Positions 11,327 through 24,030 of a stretch of 64,000 nt of DNA are shown piece after piece. This DNA comes from Macrostomum hystrix (lineage: Eukaryota; Animalia; Platyhelminthes), in contig CATNEN010000011.1 of the NCBI GenBank assembly GCA_950097015.1, forward strand, positions 992,001 through 1,056,000, given 5' to 3'. The position numbers and the translations under genes are program-made. The notes below the pieces were generated by a model. It saw nothing but the letters and a program-made list of their open reading frames with translations, searched no databases and had not been told where the DNA came from. Every line of letters begins with the position of its first letter. Positions within the stretch are counted from its first letter, which is position 1.

Positions 11327-14300
11327 ATGGTAAGATTTAGTAAATTATTTTGCTCCCAAGACATTTACCAACCACTACCACTGCGAGAATTTCCCCAGGG
11401 ACGCTTATCCCCCAGTCTCAGATCCTCAGTTGTTAAATCGCACTTACTAAATTAGATTCAATATATTCTGTGCCGCAGTTTCACAGTGCATTGTCGGGCA
11501 CGCATTCGCCGCATTTGGCGGCGTCGCTAAACAATTATTCAACGTCTCAATCGCCAAACAGCTTTGGAAATGGCCACGTCGATGGCTATAAGACCATCAA
11601 AGCGATTGGCATTCCTTTGATCTTTGCCGTCAATCTAATGGCAGGCCTATTGCCATTAGCTTTGCGAGGTCGGTGCCTTCGCGGCGGCGGCGGCGGAGAC
11701 AGCCGTCTGCGGGCCTGGATGAGCCCCGCCAGCTGCTTCAGCGCCGGCGTGTTTCTGGCCTCCTGTTTTGTCGGCCTGGTGCCGTCGGTTCGCGCCAGCT
11801 TCTCCCGGCTTTATCCGGAGAGCGACGGCAGCTCGTTGAGTCGAATGCCCCTTACAGAGCTCAGTCTCATGGTTGGCTTCTTCGGCGTCTGGGCGCTCGA
11901 TTTGATGGCTCATTTTGTCTGCGGCAGCGGTTGCCCATGTTGGTCTAGCAAGAAACAGCAGCAGCAGCAGCAGCAGCAGTTGCAATTGCCCGAATGGCGA
12001 AAGAAGCAGCAAGGATTAAACAATGGCGACAGATCGATAAATGGCGAATCGCCTCCTGTCGTCACTGACTCATTGGCGTCTGCGAATTCTTCTAGTCGAG
12101 TACCGCTGCTAGATAACTCGGACAATGACGACGAGGCTGATGAAGAAGCCGCATTTGATCGGCGTCATCATCAGCATCATCATCATAGCTTCTCCTGGGG
12201 ATCAGGTTAGTTTGACTGCATTCGTCTTTATAATTAGTTTAGGTGATTCGTATTTTTTTTATTAAGAATTGTGAATATTAATAATAATTGCAGTATTATT
12301 CTTCAGTCTTCAGTCTGCTTCAGTCTTCTTCTTCAGTCTTTTTCAGTCTTCTCCCATCTTCTTCAGTCTTCTTCAGTCTTCTTCAGCCTTCTTCAGTCTT
12401 CTTCAGTCTTCTTCAGCCTTCTTCTTCAGCCTTCTTCTTCAGTCTTCTTCAGCCTTCTTCAGTCTTCTTCAGCCTTCTTCTTCAGTCTTCTCCCGTCTTC
12501 TTCTTCAGTCTTCTTCAGTCTTCTCCCGTCTTCTTCTTCAGTCTTCTTCAGTCTTCTTCAGTCTTCTTCAGCCTCTTCAGTCTTCTTCAATCTTCTTCAA
12601 TCTTTTTCAGTCTTCTTCAGTCTTGTTCAGTCTTCTTGTTCAGTCTTTTTCAGTCTTCTTCAGTCTTCTTCAGTCTTCTTCAGTCTTCTTCAGTCTTCTT
12701 ATTCAGTCTTTTTCAGTCTTCTTCAGTCTTCTTGTATCTTCTTCAGTCTTCTTCTGTCTTCTTCAGTCTTCTTGAATCTTCTTCAGTCTTATTCTTCAGT
12801 CTTTTTCAGTCTTCTTCAGTCTTCTTGTATCTTCTTCAGTCTTCTTCTTCAGTCTTCTTCAGTCTTCTTGAATCTTCTTCAGTCTTATTCTTCAGTCTTC
12901 TTCAGTCTTCTTCAGTCTTCTTGAATCTTCTTCAGTCTTATTCTTCAGTCTTTTTCAGTCTGCTTCAGTCTTCTTGAATCTTCTTCAGTCTTTTTCAGTC
13001 TGCTTCAGTCTTCTTGAATCTTCTTCAGTCTTATTCTTCAGTCTTTTTCAGTCTGCTTCAGTCTTCTTGAATCTTCTTCAGTCTTTTTCAGTCTGCTTCA
13101 GTCTTCTTGAATCTTCTTCAGTCTTTTTCAGTCTGCTTCAGTCTTCTTGAATCTTCTTCAGTCTTTTTCAGTCTGCTTCAGTCTTCTTGAATCTTCTTCT
13201 TCAGTCTTCAGGCTACGGGCAATCGCACATCATTTGGTGACACTAGACCCGCAGCCAGTGAGGAGGCAATTCTGCTCATTTTACTGACACCTGAGCATAC
13301 TGTTACGCAGGCACACGCTCACACAGGGTGTGTACATCTGCCCTGACTTTCTCAACGTCAGGTAGTGTACACTCTCATCATACCTTGGAGGTTGGCCCTA
13401 GATTGCACGGCAGGCCCCTAAGCTTTCTCCTTGCGGCTGCGCCCCAAATGAAAGTGGCCTGGCCGCGGAATCGAGCTCAGGGACCTTGGTGTGAGAGGCA
13501 AACGCGTTAGACCGCTCTTCTTCCCCTTCACTATCGCTAGTTAGTGAAACAAATTAAGGATTTGTTACCGGTCTGACATATATAGCATCCCTTTGTTAAA
13601 AGGTAACGATTTGAACTAATAATTTGACTTAAAAATATCGTTCTTTTAAAAAAGTAACGAATTGTGTTATCGAATAAAACTAACGAATCACACGCATTAG
13701 AGAGTTAGAAATCGTGAAGATTGACAAATCAGGGAGCTGTGAAGATTTGGGCATTGTGAATATATGAAGTGAGAATACAATGAGAATAATAAAGTTAGCG
13801 AATATTAATTTCATATTTCCAGAGTCTTCTGGCCCCGCAGCCACAATGAACGCCGTCCTGCTAACCCTATCCATGGGTGTGCACAGCCTCTTGGAGGGTG
13901 TGGGTGCCGGCGTCAGCCAATCAGGCACCACAGTGCTAACCCTGCTAGTTGCTATGCTCATGCACGAATCGCTGTGCAGCCTGTCTCTTGGCGTGGCTCT
14001 GCTGCGCGGTGGCGCACCGCCCCGTCTGCAGGCCTGCCTAGTCGGCCTGTTCTCAGCCCTAATACCGCTGGGATTGGCTATCGGACTGGGCATTGAAGCC
14101 GGGGTTGGAAGTTTTGGAGGCTCCGGAGGATCCTCTTTGTCCGCTCCGAGGGCGGTTGCCGCTTTGCAGGTGAATAAACTTGGTTTCTTTACTGTCAGTC
14201 TTCTATCATTTTTACAACTAATATTGTCTCATATAAGCTTGTCATCGGATCTACCAAATCCTATCAAGTAACTTCTCGTGGCCTGTTATACTCAGATATT

Positions 14301-15243
14301 AAACCTTTAGATCGCAAATCCTTGAAATCTAGATCCTCAAATCCCAAATCCTCATATCCTAGATTCTTAAATCCCTGATCCTCATTATCCTAGATTCTCA
14401 AATCCCAAATCCTCAAATCCTTTTAATTCTCCAATCCCACATCCTCATAACCTCGATTCCCAAATCCCAGATCCTCATATCCTAGATCCTCAAATCCCAA
14501 ATCCTCATATCGTAGATTATTAAATCTCTCATCCTCATATCCTAGATTCTCAATTCCTGAATCCTCATATCCCGGATCCCAAATCCTCCTATCCCAGATT
14601 CTCAAATCCCAGATCATCAAAACTTCGATTCCCAAATTCCAAATCCTCATATCCTCAGATCTAAAAATCCCTGATCCTCATATCCCATATCTTCATTTCC
14701 CAGATCTAAAAATCCCTGATCCTCAGATCCAATATCTTCATTTCCCAGGTCTAAAAGTCCCCAGGTTTTAAAGTCTTACATTAAATTTATTTATTTGAAT
14801 CCCAATTTGTTTTTAATCCCATATCCTAAAATCTGTAATCCAAAAAATCTCTTTTTTGACATATCAGACTCTTAAATCCTCAAATTCTAACTATTCGAAT
14901 GTTTAAAATCCCAGACCTGTAAGTACCCGTAAGTTCTCTCTGCAAATCTCTTCTTTTGTCCTCTTTATTTTTTTAAATCCTCACAACACACACTTCCGCT
15001 CCCCTCGAGATCCTCCTCCCTATAGCAATATTTCCCCATGCTCCACCTCAACTCAATTTGCAGGGCCTCGCATCTGGCACGTTCGCCTACGTCATCTTTG
15101 TGGAACTGTTGCCACCGGAACTGGCCGCAACGGGCAGCGACGGAAACAAGCGCAGGCAGGGCGTAAAATTCGCTGCTACCCTAATCGGCTTCTGTTTAGT
15201 GGCTGGTATTTCCATCGGCCTGGGCCATCGCCACGGGGCCTAG
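11327..15243 (+). CDS. ZIP (SLC39) subfamily II zinc/metal transporter, ZIP1/2/3-like
   Basis: Predicted exons: ATG-only 11327-11329 (GATAAGATG|GTAAGA), 11479-12205, 13823-14169, 15064-15243, with consistent phases. Motifs SCFSAGVFLASCFVGLVP, His-rich loop RRHHQHHHH, TM4 SMGVHSLLEG, TM5 LMHESL, SALIPLGLAIG, LQGLASGTFAYVIFVELLP. Confidence 0.9.
12295..13210. repeat. Irregular (CTT)n-CAGT pyrimidine-rich simple repeat in ZIP intron
   Basis: Visible low-complexity array with a later 28-41-bp periodicity. Confidence 0.95.
13211..13518 (-). mobile_element. tRNA-derived SINE family B
   Basis: Reverse strand reads GAGCGGTCTAACGCGTTTGCCTCTCACACCAAGGTCCCTGAGCTCGATTCC (A/B-box head), then a body shared with 36405-36710, 44277-44431 and 54660-54980. 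Confidence 0.85.
14300..14800. repeat. Degenerate ~30-bp minisatellite (ATCCTAGATCCTCAAATCCCAAATCCTCAT) in ZIP intron
   Basis: Visible degenerate tandem array. Confidence 0.85.
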
Positions 15244-15334
15244 TGGAAGCCCGTGATTTTGTTCCTAGAACTGATCGGTTTCTACTGTGACGAGAATTAA
15301 TTAATCACTTTGATCAAAATATTTTTTCAGTCTA

Positions 15335-16075
15335 TAATTAAAATCCTCACATTGGTATGGTGAGATAATCCTCACTTTAGTTTAGGATTAAAATCATTAC
15401 GTTGGTATTGTATGATAATACCCACTTTGGTATGGGATTCAAGTCCTCACTTTGGTATGGGATAAGAATCCTCATTCTAGTACGGGATGGGAATCCTCAC
15501 TTTGGTATGGGATTCAAGTCCTCACTTTGGTATGGGATAAGAATCCTCACTTTGGTATGGGATGAGAATCCTCACTTTGGTATATGGGATGAGAATCTTC
15601 ACATTGGTATGGGATGAGAATCCTCACTTTGGTATATGGGATGAGAAACTTCACATTGGTATGGGATGAGAATCCTCACTTTGGTATATGGGATGAGAAT
15701 CCTCACTTTGGTATGGGATGAGAATCCTCACTTTGGTATGGGATAAGAATCCTCACTTTGGTATGGGATGAGAATCCTCACTTTGGTATGGGATAAGAAT
15801 CGTCACTTTGGTATGGGATGAGAATCCTCACTTTGGTATGGGATGAGAATCCTCACTTTGGTATATGGGATGAGAATCCTCCCTTTGGTATGGGATGAGA
15901 ATCCTCACTTTGGTATGGGATGAGAATCCTCACTTTGGTATGGGATAAGAATCCTCACTTTAGTATGGGATCAGAATCCTCATTTTAGTATGGGATCAGA
16001 ATCCTCACTTTGTTATAGGATGAGAATCTTTGTAATGGGATGAGAATTATCACTTTCGTATGGGATAAGAATCTT
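15335..16075. repeat. 25-bp satellite GAATCCTCACTTTGGTATGGGATGA (interrupted by the Helitron; remnant at 18370-18425)
   Basis: Visible array; the same family recurs at 22790-24030. Confidence 0.95.
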
Positions 16076-16729
16076 TACCTTGTTATCTATATATATAAAA
16101 GTGAAAACTCTGTCTGTGTGTGTGTGTGTCTGTCTGTGTGTGTGCAACCTTTTGTCTTTATAGACGCCGAAACCGCTCAACCAAATCGCACCAAACTTTG
16201 CACATACCTAAAACCACCTACGCTGAGTGCAATAGGCTACTCAAATTCCCGAAAAATCATTTCCTTCCTGCTCAAAAGTGCAAAAAACTGCTCAAAAATC
16301 GTCAAAAAATCACTCAATTCGACATATCGTCGCCCCACTTTGTCAGATTTTCTCCAAATTTGATCCACTTACACTTTACATGTTTTCCAACAATGCTGTC
16401 AATTTTGAACATCTCTACTCAATCCAGAACAAAGCTGCATCATCTCAAAGTGAGTCACTTTTTGTTTTCCGAGGACAGCCACCCCAACTCCCCTCCGCCA
16501 CTCTGCGGGCCAAATTTTATTACAGCCACCCCCTCCCTTCCCCGGGCGCCGAAGCCCCAGACTGTACATTGTATTTTAAGACGTGAATGTACACAGCCCA
16601 AACCCCTAGACTGTCTACTGGCCCCCAAGCAGCACTGAGACTGAGTGCGGTGAGTGCGGTGGCGTCCCAGTGCGCAGGGCTCTCCGGTCTATATTTCTCT
16701 CCAGCCAGCCTGGGATAGAAGAAAGAGAG

Positions 16730-17701
16730 AGGCTGGCGATCAACTGATGGGTGGTGTCACTCTGCTGCTGTCTGGAGACTTTAGACAGACGCTGCCTGTG
16801 ATTCCGCGTGGCACTCCTGCTGATGAGATTAATGCTTGCCTAAAATCATCTCACCTGTGGCCATCGGTTGTGAAGTTGCACCTACGAACAAACATGAGAG
16901 CTACAATTCAAGGAGACGAAACAGCTCATGAGTTCTCTGCCAATCTATTGCGAATCGGCAATGGTCTGCTGGAGATTAGCACCGAGGATGGGCAGTCATC
17001 GATCGCTACAATCGGAACCATTGTGCAGTCAGTGCAGGAGCTCAAGGCAAAAGTTTACCCGAACCTGATGGTTCGATATGCTGACGTTGACTGGCTGTCA
17101 GAGGGCAATTCTGTGTCCTAGAAATGATGCCGCCAACGAAATTAACTACCAACTGCTTCAGGAGTTGCCAGGTGCAGTTTTCACCTACAAGTCAATTGAT
17201 ACAACGTTGACTGATGACACCGCTGTGGAGTATCCTGTTGAGTTTCTGAACTCTCTAGATCCTCCTGGAACTCCATCGCACAACTTGCAGCTGAAAGTTG
17301 GGGCACCAATTATGCTCCTCCGCAACCTGAATGCGCCAAGGCTGTGTAACGGCACCAGACTGATAGTCAGGCGGCTCTTCCCACACGTGATTGAGGCCAC
17401 GATAATGACTGGATCTGGCAGAGGAGAGTCTGTGTTCGTTCCCCGGATTCCAATTATCCCCACGGACCTGCCATTTCAGTTCAAGCGACTGCAGTTCCCT
17501 GTGAGAGTGTGCTTTGCGATGACTATTAACAAGGCTCAGGGACAGTCGCTGAAGGTGGCTGGCATCAACCTGGAGACTCCTTGCTTCTCGCATGGGCAGC
17601 TTTATGTCGCCTGCTGCCGTGTTGGAACTCCAGCTGGCCTATTCATTTTCGCACCAAGGGGAATAACGATGAATGTGGTGTATCCCCAGGCCTTGAGGTG
17701 A
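16730..17701 (+). pseudogene. Helitron PIF1-family helicase, C-terminal part, one frameshift
   Basis: GGVTLLLSGDFRQTLPV, LRTNMR, RAILCPRN, LKVGAPIMLLRNL..PRLCNGTRL, QFPVRVCFAMTINKAQGQSL, FSHGQLYVACCRV. One-base loss near 17104 (WLSE/RAIL). Walker A region is missing. Confidence 0.9.
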
Positions 17702-17853
17702 CTCGCAAGCAATTAATAGAAAAGTAGTCACGAAATGACCTTGACCTGTCTAACTCTGAACTCTGAAACAGTTTAATTTTGTTTCTTTGACATTGTTATT
17801 GTTATGCCATGGCTATTTTCCTTATGTATACGCGTGTACATGCATACTGTATA

Positions 17854-18126
17854 CAGAGGCAGATTTAGGGGGGGGCGGGGGGGCAGTCGCCCCCCTAAAT
17901 TTTAATCATGGGAATAAGATGCCCCCACCAGGGGCGCCAGTCGCAGCACTGGCGCCCCTTTTCGGCCGCTGGCGCCCCTTTTTCAGCCGCTGGCTCCCGT
18001 TTTTCAGCCGCTGGCGCCCTTTCTTGGCTCCTGGCGCCCTTTTTCGGCCGCTGGCACCCCCTCTGTGATTCTCATGGCGCTCCCCTGACAGACCGCCCCA
18101 AAACAAAATTCCTGGATCTGCCACTG
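17854..18126. mobile_element. hAT-type MITE nested in the Helitron
   Basis: TIRs CAGAGGCAGAT / ATCTGCCACTG and a perfect 8-bp TSD ACTGTATA (17846-17853, 18127-18134). Confidence 0.85.
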
Positions 18127-19154
18127 ACTGTATAGAGGAGTGGCTAAGAAACATGTTTCTAAAGAAGTAATCAAGAGGGGGCTGTTTGGACAAACTTTTC
18201 ACTTATTTTTTACTTAAAACGCCCTTAAACAAACTCTTCACTTTTCATTAATGCAGTAAATAAATAAATGGTGACCTTCACTATAAAGTTAATACAGAGA
18301 CGTGAATTGCTTACTGCTTTGCTTTAAATTTCTGCCCCAAAAAAAACGGGCAAAAAAAGCTAGTGGGTTAATAATCCCCACTTTAGTATGGGATAAAGAT
18401 CCTCACTTTTTGTAGGATAAAATCCTACTGTTGCAGGTGTGGTAATAAATGTCCGAAGCGAAATTTTAAGTGAAATCCTTCGTGAAATGAAAAGAAATTA
18501 AAATGGTTGTATTTTTAACATCTGTCTTATTTGTTTGTTGAACTAATCTACTGTGGCTCAACAGTGTTTGAAATGCCTTAGTTTTAAAAAGTTTGCAAAT
18601 GAGCAGTTTTCCTAAATGTCTAATTTTTTCCTAACATTTAGCTAAAAGCTGTCTGCCTAACCTTTGAGTAGAAAACAGTATTTTATAATTTTCTTTATCT
18701 GCCATAATTATAAAAAAATTTTCCTGTTGTCATTTTAATTTTTTTCTTTGTTTTTTTGACGCTAGAATATATCAGCGCGTAGAAGCTTTACCCTGTTTTG
18801 TTGCTGCTTTGAAAGCTTTTTAGTTCCATTGGTGATTTTTGGTAATTTTTTCTGTTGTGTTGTTGTTTTCAATGCGTTTTTATGCAAATGTTATAGATCT
18901 ATTTTTTCCTTTGATTAAATCAAAATTCTTCATGGAAGCCGACAAAGAAACTGATTAGAATCATGTGCTTACGGAGTAAGTCGTGGAATCGCCTGTAAAA
19001 ACTTTGTTTCTGCTTTGGGACATCGGTATCTGCTAAAGTATTAAATTTTGATATATTAAACTCAGCCTATGTTTCTGTCATAAGATAGTTAGAATCTGCG
19101 TGGTGGTCATTGATGGAAGGTTAAAATCTGCTTATGAATGCGGCGTAGCACGCT

Positions 19155-20375
19155 AGAATCCGCCCAGGAATCAGCTATAGAATATAGGAATCCGCCCAGG
19201 AATCAGCTATAGAATATAGGAATCCGCCCAGGAATCAGCTATAGAATATAGGAATCCGCCTAGGAAACAGCTATAGAATATAGGAATCCGCCTAGGAAAC
19301 AGCTATAGAATATAGGAATCCGCCAAAGAATCAGCTTTAGAATATAGAAATCCGCCTAGGAAACAGCTATTAAATATAGGAATACGCCTAGGAAACAGCC
19401 CTAGAATGAAGGAATCCGCCCAGGAATCAGCTATAGAATATAGGAATCCGCCAAGGAATCAGCTATAGAATATAGGAATCCGCCAAGGAATCAGCTATAG
19501 AATATAGGAATCCGCCAAGGAATCTGCTATAGAATATAGGAATCCGCCAAGGAATCAGCTATAGAATATAGGAATCCGCCAAGGAATCAGCTATAGAATA
19601 TAGGAATCCGCCTAGGAATCAGCTATAGAATATAGGAATCCGCCAAGGAATCAGCTATAGAATATAGGAATCCGCCAAGGAATCAGCTATAGAATATAGG
19701 AATCTGCCAAGGAATCAGCTATAGAATATAGGAATCCGCCTAGGAAACAGCTATAGAATATAGGAATCCGCCAAAGAATCAGCTTTATAATATAGGAATC
19801 CGCCAAGGAATAAGCCGTATACTATAGAAATCCGCCCAGGAATCAGCCGTAGAATGTTAGAATCCATCCAGGAATCAGCTATAGAATATAGAAATCCGCC
19901 AAGGAATCAGCTATTAAATATAGGAATCCGCCCAGGAATCAGCTATTAAATATAGGAATCCGCCTAGGAAACAGCTATTGAATATAGGAATACGCCTAGG
20001 AAACAGCCCTAGAATGAAGGATTTCGCCCAGGAATCAGCTATTGAATATAGAAATCCGCCAAAGAATCAGCTATTGAATATAGCAATCCGCCAAGCAATA
20101 AGCCGGATACTATAGAAATCCGCCCAGGAATCAGCCGTAGAATGTTAGAATCCGCCAAGGAATCAGCCGTAGAATGTTAGAATCTATGAAGGAATCAGCC
20201 GTAGAATGTTTAATCAGCCGTAGAGAATTAAATTAACCGAACTATATTAAATCAGCCGTAGAATGTTAAATCAGCCGTAGAATGTTAAATCAGCCGTAGA
20301 ATGTTAAATCAGCCGTAGAATGTTAAATCAGCCGTAGAATGTTAAATCAGCCGTAGAATGTTAAATCAGCCGAAG
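19155..20375. repeat. 32-bp minisatellite (GAATCCGCCCAGGAATCAGCTATAGAATATAG) grading into a 19-bp AATCAGCCGTAGAATGTTA array
   Basis: Visible tandem arrays. Confidence 0.95.
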
Positions 20376-21094
20376 AATTTAAGATTTGTCAGAATTATCG
20401 TATGTATAATTTTTCTGTGCAAAATTTAAATCAGAAAATGTTGTGCATTCGTATAAAAGCGAATATTTGCCCGGAGCGTTTAGTTCAGTTTTCAGTCTTC
20501 GCTTTAAAATTCTCATCTTAATATTTTCGCATATTGTACTCCGCCTCCTTGTGACGCAGTTTTTTTCTAATAATCTAATCAGGTTTTTAAAGAGCTTCCT
20601 GGTGTACTAATAACACTTACACGAGCTCATAGTTCAAAATCATAGTTCTCTCTTATTAAATGTCTTTTGCCAATCAGTTATATCTTGCCATTTTTTCTAA
20701 TTCCTATGTCACTTTTACTCCCGCCTTTGCAAATGTAAATAAATAACTATTCTTTTCAAGACATTGTAGTTTGCTACTTAAGCGTTTCTGTTGTGCTTTT
20801 GTTGCTGAAAAATGATGAATTTCAATCCATTTCATGTTCATGTTAAGCTCCGTTGGATTCTATGGACCAAATCAAAATTTGCATCCGTTTTCCTCGTGTC
20901 TTTCTAACAACGAGCGTAATACGAGAACAAATACGAGGGAAGGATAAGGCACTGTTCCATGTTTCATTTATGATCATTTTCTACTATTCTACTTGTGGAG
21001 ACTGGGTTAATAAACAAAATACTTCTAGACAAACAAATTCTTTGTTATTTATGTTTGACTTTTAAAATTTGATTCCATTGTCAACATTCTAATT

Positions 21095-21380
21095 AACGCC
21101 CTAACTTAACCCCTAACTTAACACATTAACCCCCAAACTCTTAGTCAATGTCCCTGATCCCCAAACTCTTAGTCATTTTCCCTGATCCCCAAACTCTTAA
21201 TCATTTTCTCTGATCCCCAAAACACTTAGTCATTATCCCTTATCATCAAACTCTTAATCATTTTCCCTGATCCCCAAATCTCTTAGTCATTATCCCTGGT
21301 CCCCTTAACCTTCAGTCATTATCCCCGATGCCCCTAACCCTCAGCCATTAACCCCGATCACCCTAACCCTCAGCCATTGT
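21095..21380. repeat. 28-bp minisatellite (CCCCAAACTCTTAGTCATTTTCCCTGAT)
   Basis: Visible degenerate array. Confidence 0.85.
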
Positions 21381-21409
21381 CCCAGATCTTCATGTTCGCT
21401 CACGTATTC

Positions 21410-22190
21410 TCTAAATCTTCAGGTTTACACCAGACAGAATCCCAGATCCTCAGGTTTACACCAGACAGAATCCCAGATCCTCAGGTTTACACCAGACAGA
21501 ATCCCAGATCCTCAGGTTTACACCAGACAGAATCCCAGATCCTCAGGTTTACACCAGACAGAATCCCAGATCCTCAGGTTTACACCAGACAGAATCCCAG
21601 ATCCTCAGGTTTACACCAGACAGAATCCCAGATCCTCAGGTTTACATCAGACAGAATCCCAGATCCTCAGGTTTACACCAGACAGAATCCCAGATCCTCA
21701 GGTTTACACCAGACAGAATCCCAGATCCTCAGGTTTACATCAGACAGAATCCTAGATGCTCAGGTTTACACCAGACAGAATCCCAGATCCTTAGGTTTAC
21801 ACCAGACAGAATCCCAGATCCTCAGGTTTACACCAGACAGAATCCCAGATCCTTAGGTTTACACCAGACAGAATCCCAGATCCTCAGGTTTACACCAGAC
21901 AGAATCCTAGATCCTCAAGTTTACATCAGACAGAATCCCAGATCCTCAGGTTTACATCAGACAGAATCCCAGATCCTCAGGTTTACACCAGACAGAATCC
22001 CAGATCCTTAGGTTTACACCAGACAGAATCCCAGATCCTCAGGTTTACACCAGACAGAATCCTAGATCCTCAAGTTTACATCAGACAGAATCCCAGATCC
22101 TCAGGTTTACATCAGACAGAATCCTAGATGCTCAGGTTTACATCAGACAGAATCCCAGATCCTCAGGTTTACACCAGACAGAATCCTACG
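21410..22190. repeat. 31-bp minisatellite (CCCAGATCCTCAGGTTTACACCAGACAGAAT)
   Basis: About 25 highly homogeneous units. Confidence 0.96.
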
Positions 22191-22789
22191 CTTATTATCT
22201 TTCGCTTACATTGCGGAAGACCTTAAAAAGTCGACCTTAAAAAGCTCACCTAAGTTGACCTAAAGTTCATTCGTACTTTCAAATCGGGCACTCAGAATTG
22301 CAAATCGACCCCAGCATGTTTATTTAATCAAATACAGAAATGAACAATTCAGATAGCCAAAGCTATATTGATTTTTTATAAGTTAGTCTAATCGCTTGGG
22401 AATTTGCTGGGTAATTTTTCTGTTAAGTAAAATTGGATTTAATTTGAAATGATTCCAGGAATTGAAATATTACGCACGCAACAAGGTTTGCTTTCCAATG
22501 CATTATTGAAGGCTTCTGGTCCTGTTTAAGCGTAGATATACCGTAGATGCGACTGTCTGATTACTTCCCATAGTCTCAAATGACTGCTCAGCAATAGAGG
22601 TTTAAAAATATATTTCTATAATGCTATGCCCGGCAGAGTGATCTAGAAATCTCTAACGTATAGGCCTATAGTATAACGTATAGAATTACTAACCTGGGTG
22701 AAGACACAATGTGCATATATTTTAGTCCGGTAGAGAGGATCGTTGTGATGCTATGAAGGTCTCACTCAAATGAGGAACAATGTATGTAT

Positions 22790-24030
22790 AGGATGAGAAT
22801 CCTCACTTTGATGTGGGATGAGAATCCTCACTTTGATGTGGGATGAGAATCCTCACTTTGATGTGGGATGAGAATCCTCACTTTGATGTGGGATGAGAAT
22901 CCTCACTTTGATGTGGGATGAGAATCCTCACTTTGATGGGGGATAAGAATCCTCACTTTGATGTGGGATGAGAATCCTCACTTTGATGGGGGATGAGAAT
23001 CTTCACTTTGATGTGGGATGAGAATCCTCACTTTGATGGGGGATGAGATTCTTCACTTTTATGTGGGATGAGAATCTTCACTTTGATGTGGGATGAGAAT
23101 CCTCACTTTGATGTGGGATGAGAATCCTCACTTTGATGTGGGATGAGAATCCTCACTTTGATGTGGAATGAGAATCCTCACTTTGATGTGGAATGAGAAT
23201 CCTCACTTTGATGTGGGATGAGAATCCTCACTTTAATGTGGGATGAGAATCCTCACTTTGATGTGGGATGAGAATCCTCACTTTGATGTGGAATGAGAAT
23301 CCTCACTTTGATGTGGGATGAGAATCCTCACTTTGATTTGGGATGGGAATCCTCACTTTGATGTGGGATGAGAATCCGCACTTTGGTGTGGGATGAGAAT
23401 CCTCACTTTGATGTGGGATGAGAATCCTCACTTTGATGTGGAATGAGAATCCTCACTTTGATGTGAAATGAGAATCCTCACTTTGATGTGGGATGAGAAT
23501 CCTCACTTTGATGTGGGATGAGAATCCTCACTTTGATGTGGAATGAGAATCCTCACTTTGATGTGGAATGAGAATCCTCACTTTGATGTGGGATGAGAAT
23601 CCTCACTTTGATGTGGGATGAGAATCCTCACTTTGATGTGGGATGAGAATCCTCACTTTGATGTGGGATGAGAATCCGCACTTTGATGTGGGATGAGAAT
23701 CCTCACTTTGATCTGGGATGAGAATCCTCGCTTTGATGTGGGATGAGAATCCTCACTTTGATCTGGGATAAGAATCCTCACTTTGATGTGGGATGAGAAT
23801 CCTCACTTTGATCTGGGATGAGAATCCTCACTTTGATGTGGGATAAGAATCCTCACTTTGATGTGGGATAAGAATCTGCACTTTGATGTGGGATGAGAAT
23901 CCTCACTTTGATGTGGGATAAGAATCTGCACTTTGATGTGGGATGAGAATCCTCACTTTGATGTGGGATAAGAATCTGCACTTTGATGTGGGATGAGAAT
24001 CCTCACTTTGATGTGGGATGAGAATCCTCT
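22790..24030. repeat. 25-bp satellite GAATCCTCACTTTGATGTGGGATGA
   Basis: About 49 units; variant of the 15335-16075 family. Confidence 0.96.

Larger units (their letters stand above)
16086..18363 (+). mobile_element. Internally deleted Helitron
   Basis: 5' end A|TCTATATATATAAAA followed by a (GT/GTCT) microsatellite; 3' GC hairpin remnant GCCCC-AAAAAAAA-CGGGC then CTAG|T; A^T target, no TSD; PIF1 helicase fragment inside; no Rep/HUH domain seen. Confidence 0.9.

Noticed and set aside
12271-12977. Ser/Phe/Leu-rich ORFs resembling membrane proteins
   Set aside because: Simple (CTT)n-CAGT repeat inside a ZIP intron.
13560-13700. AAAAAGTAACGA-rich tract similar to 44520-44720, each beside a SINE B copy
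   Set aside because: Probably a decayed TE family, but no termini could be defined and the SINE adjacency may be chance.
21410-24030. CRISPR-like regular repeats
   Set aside because: Units are directly adjacent with no unique spacers, no cas genes, and the context is eukaryotic.
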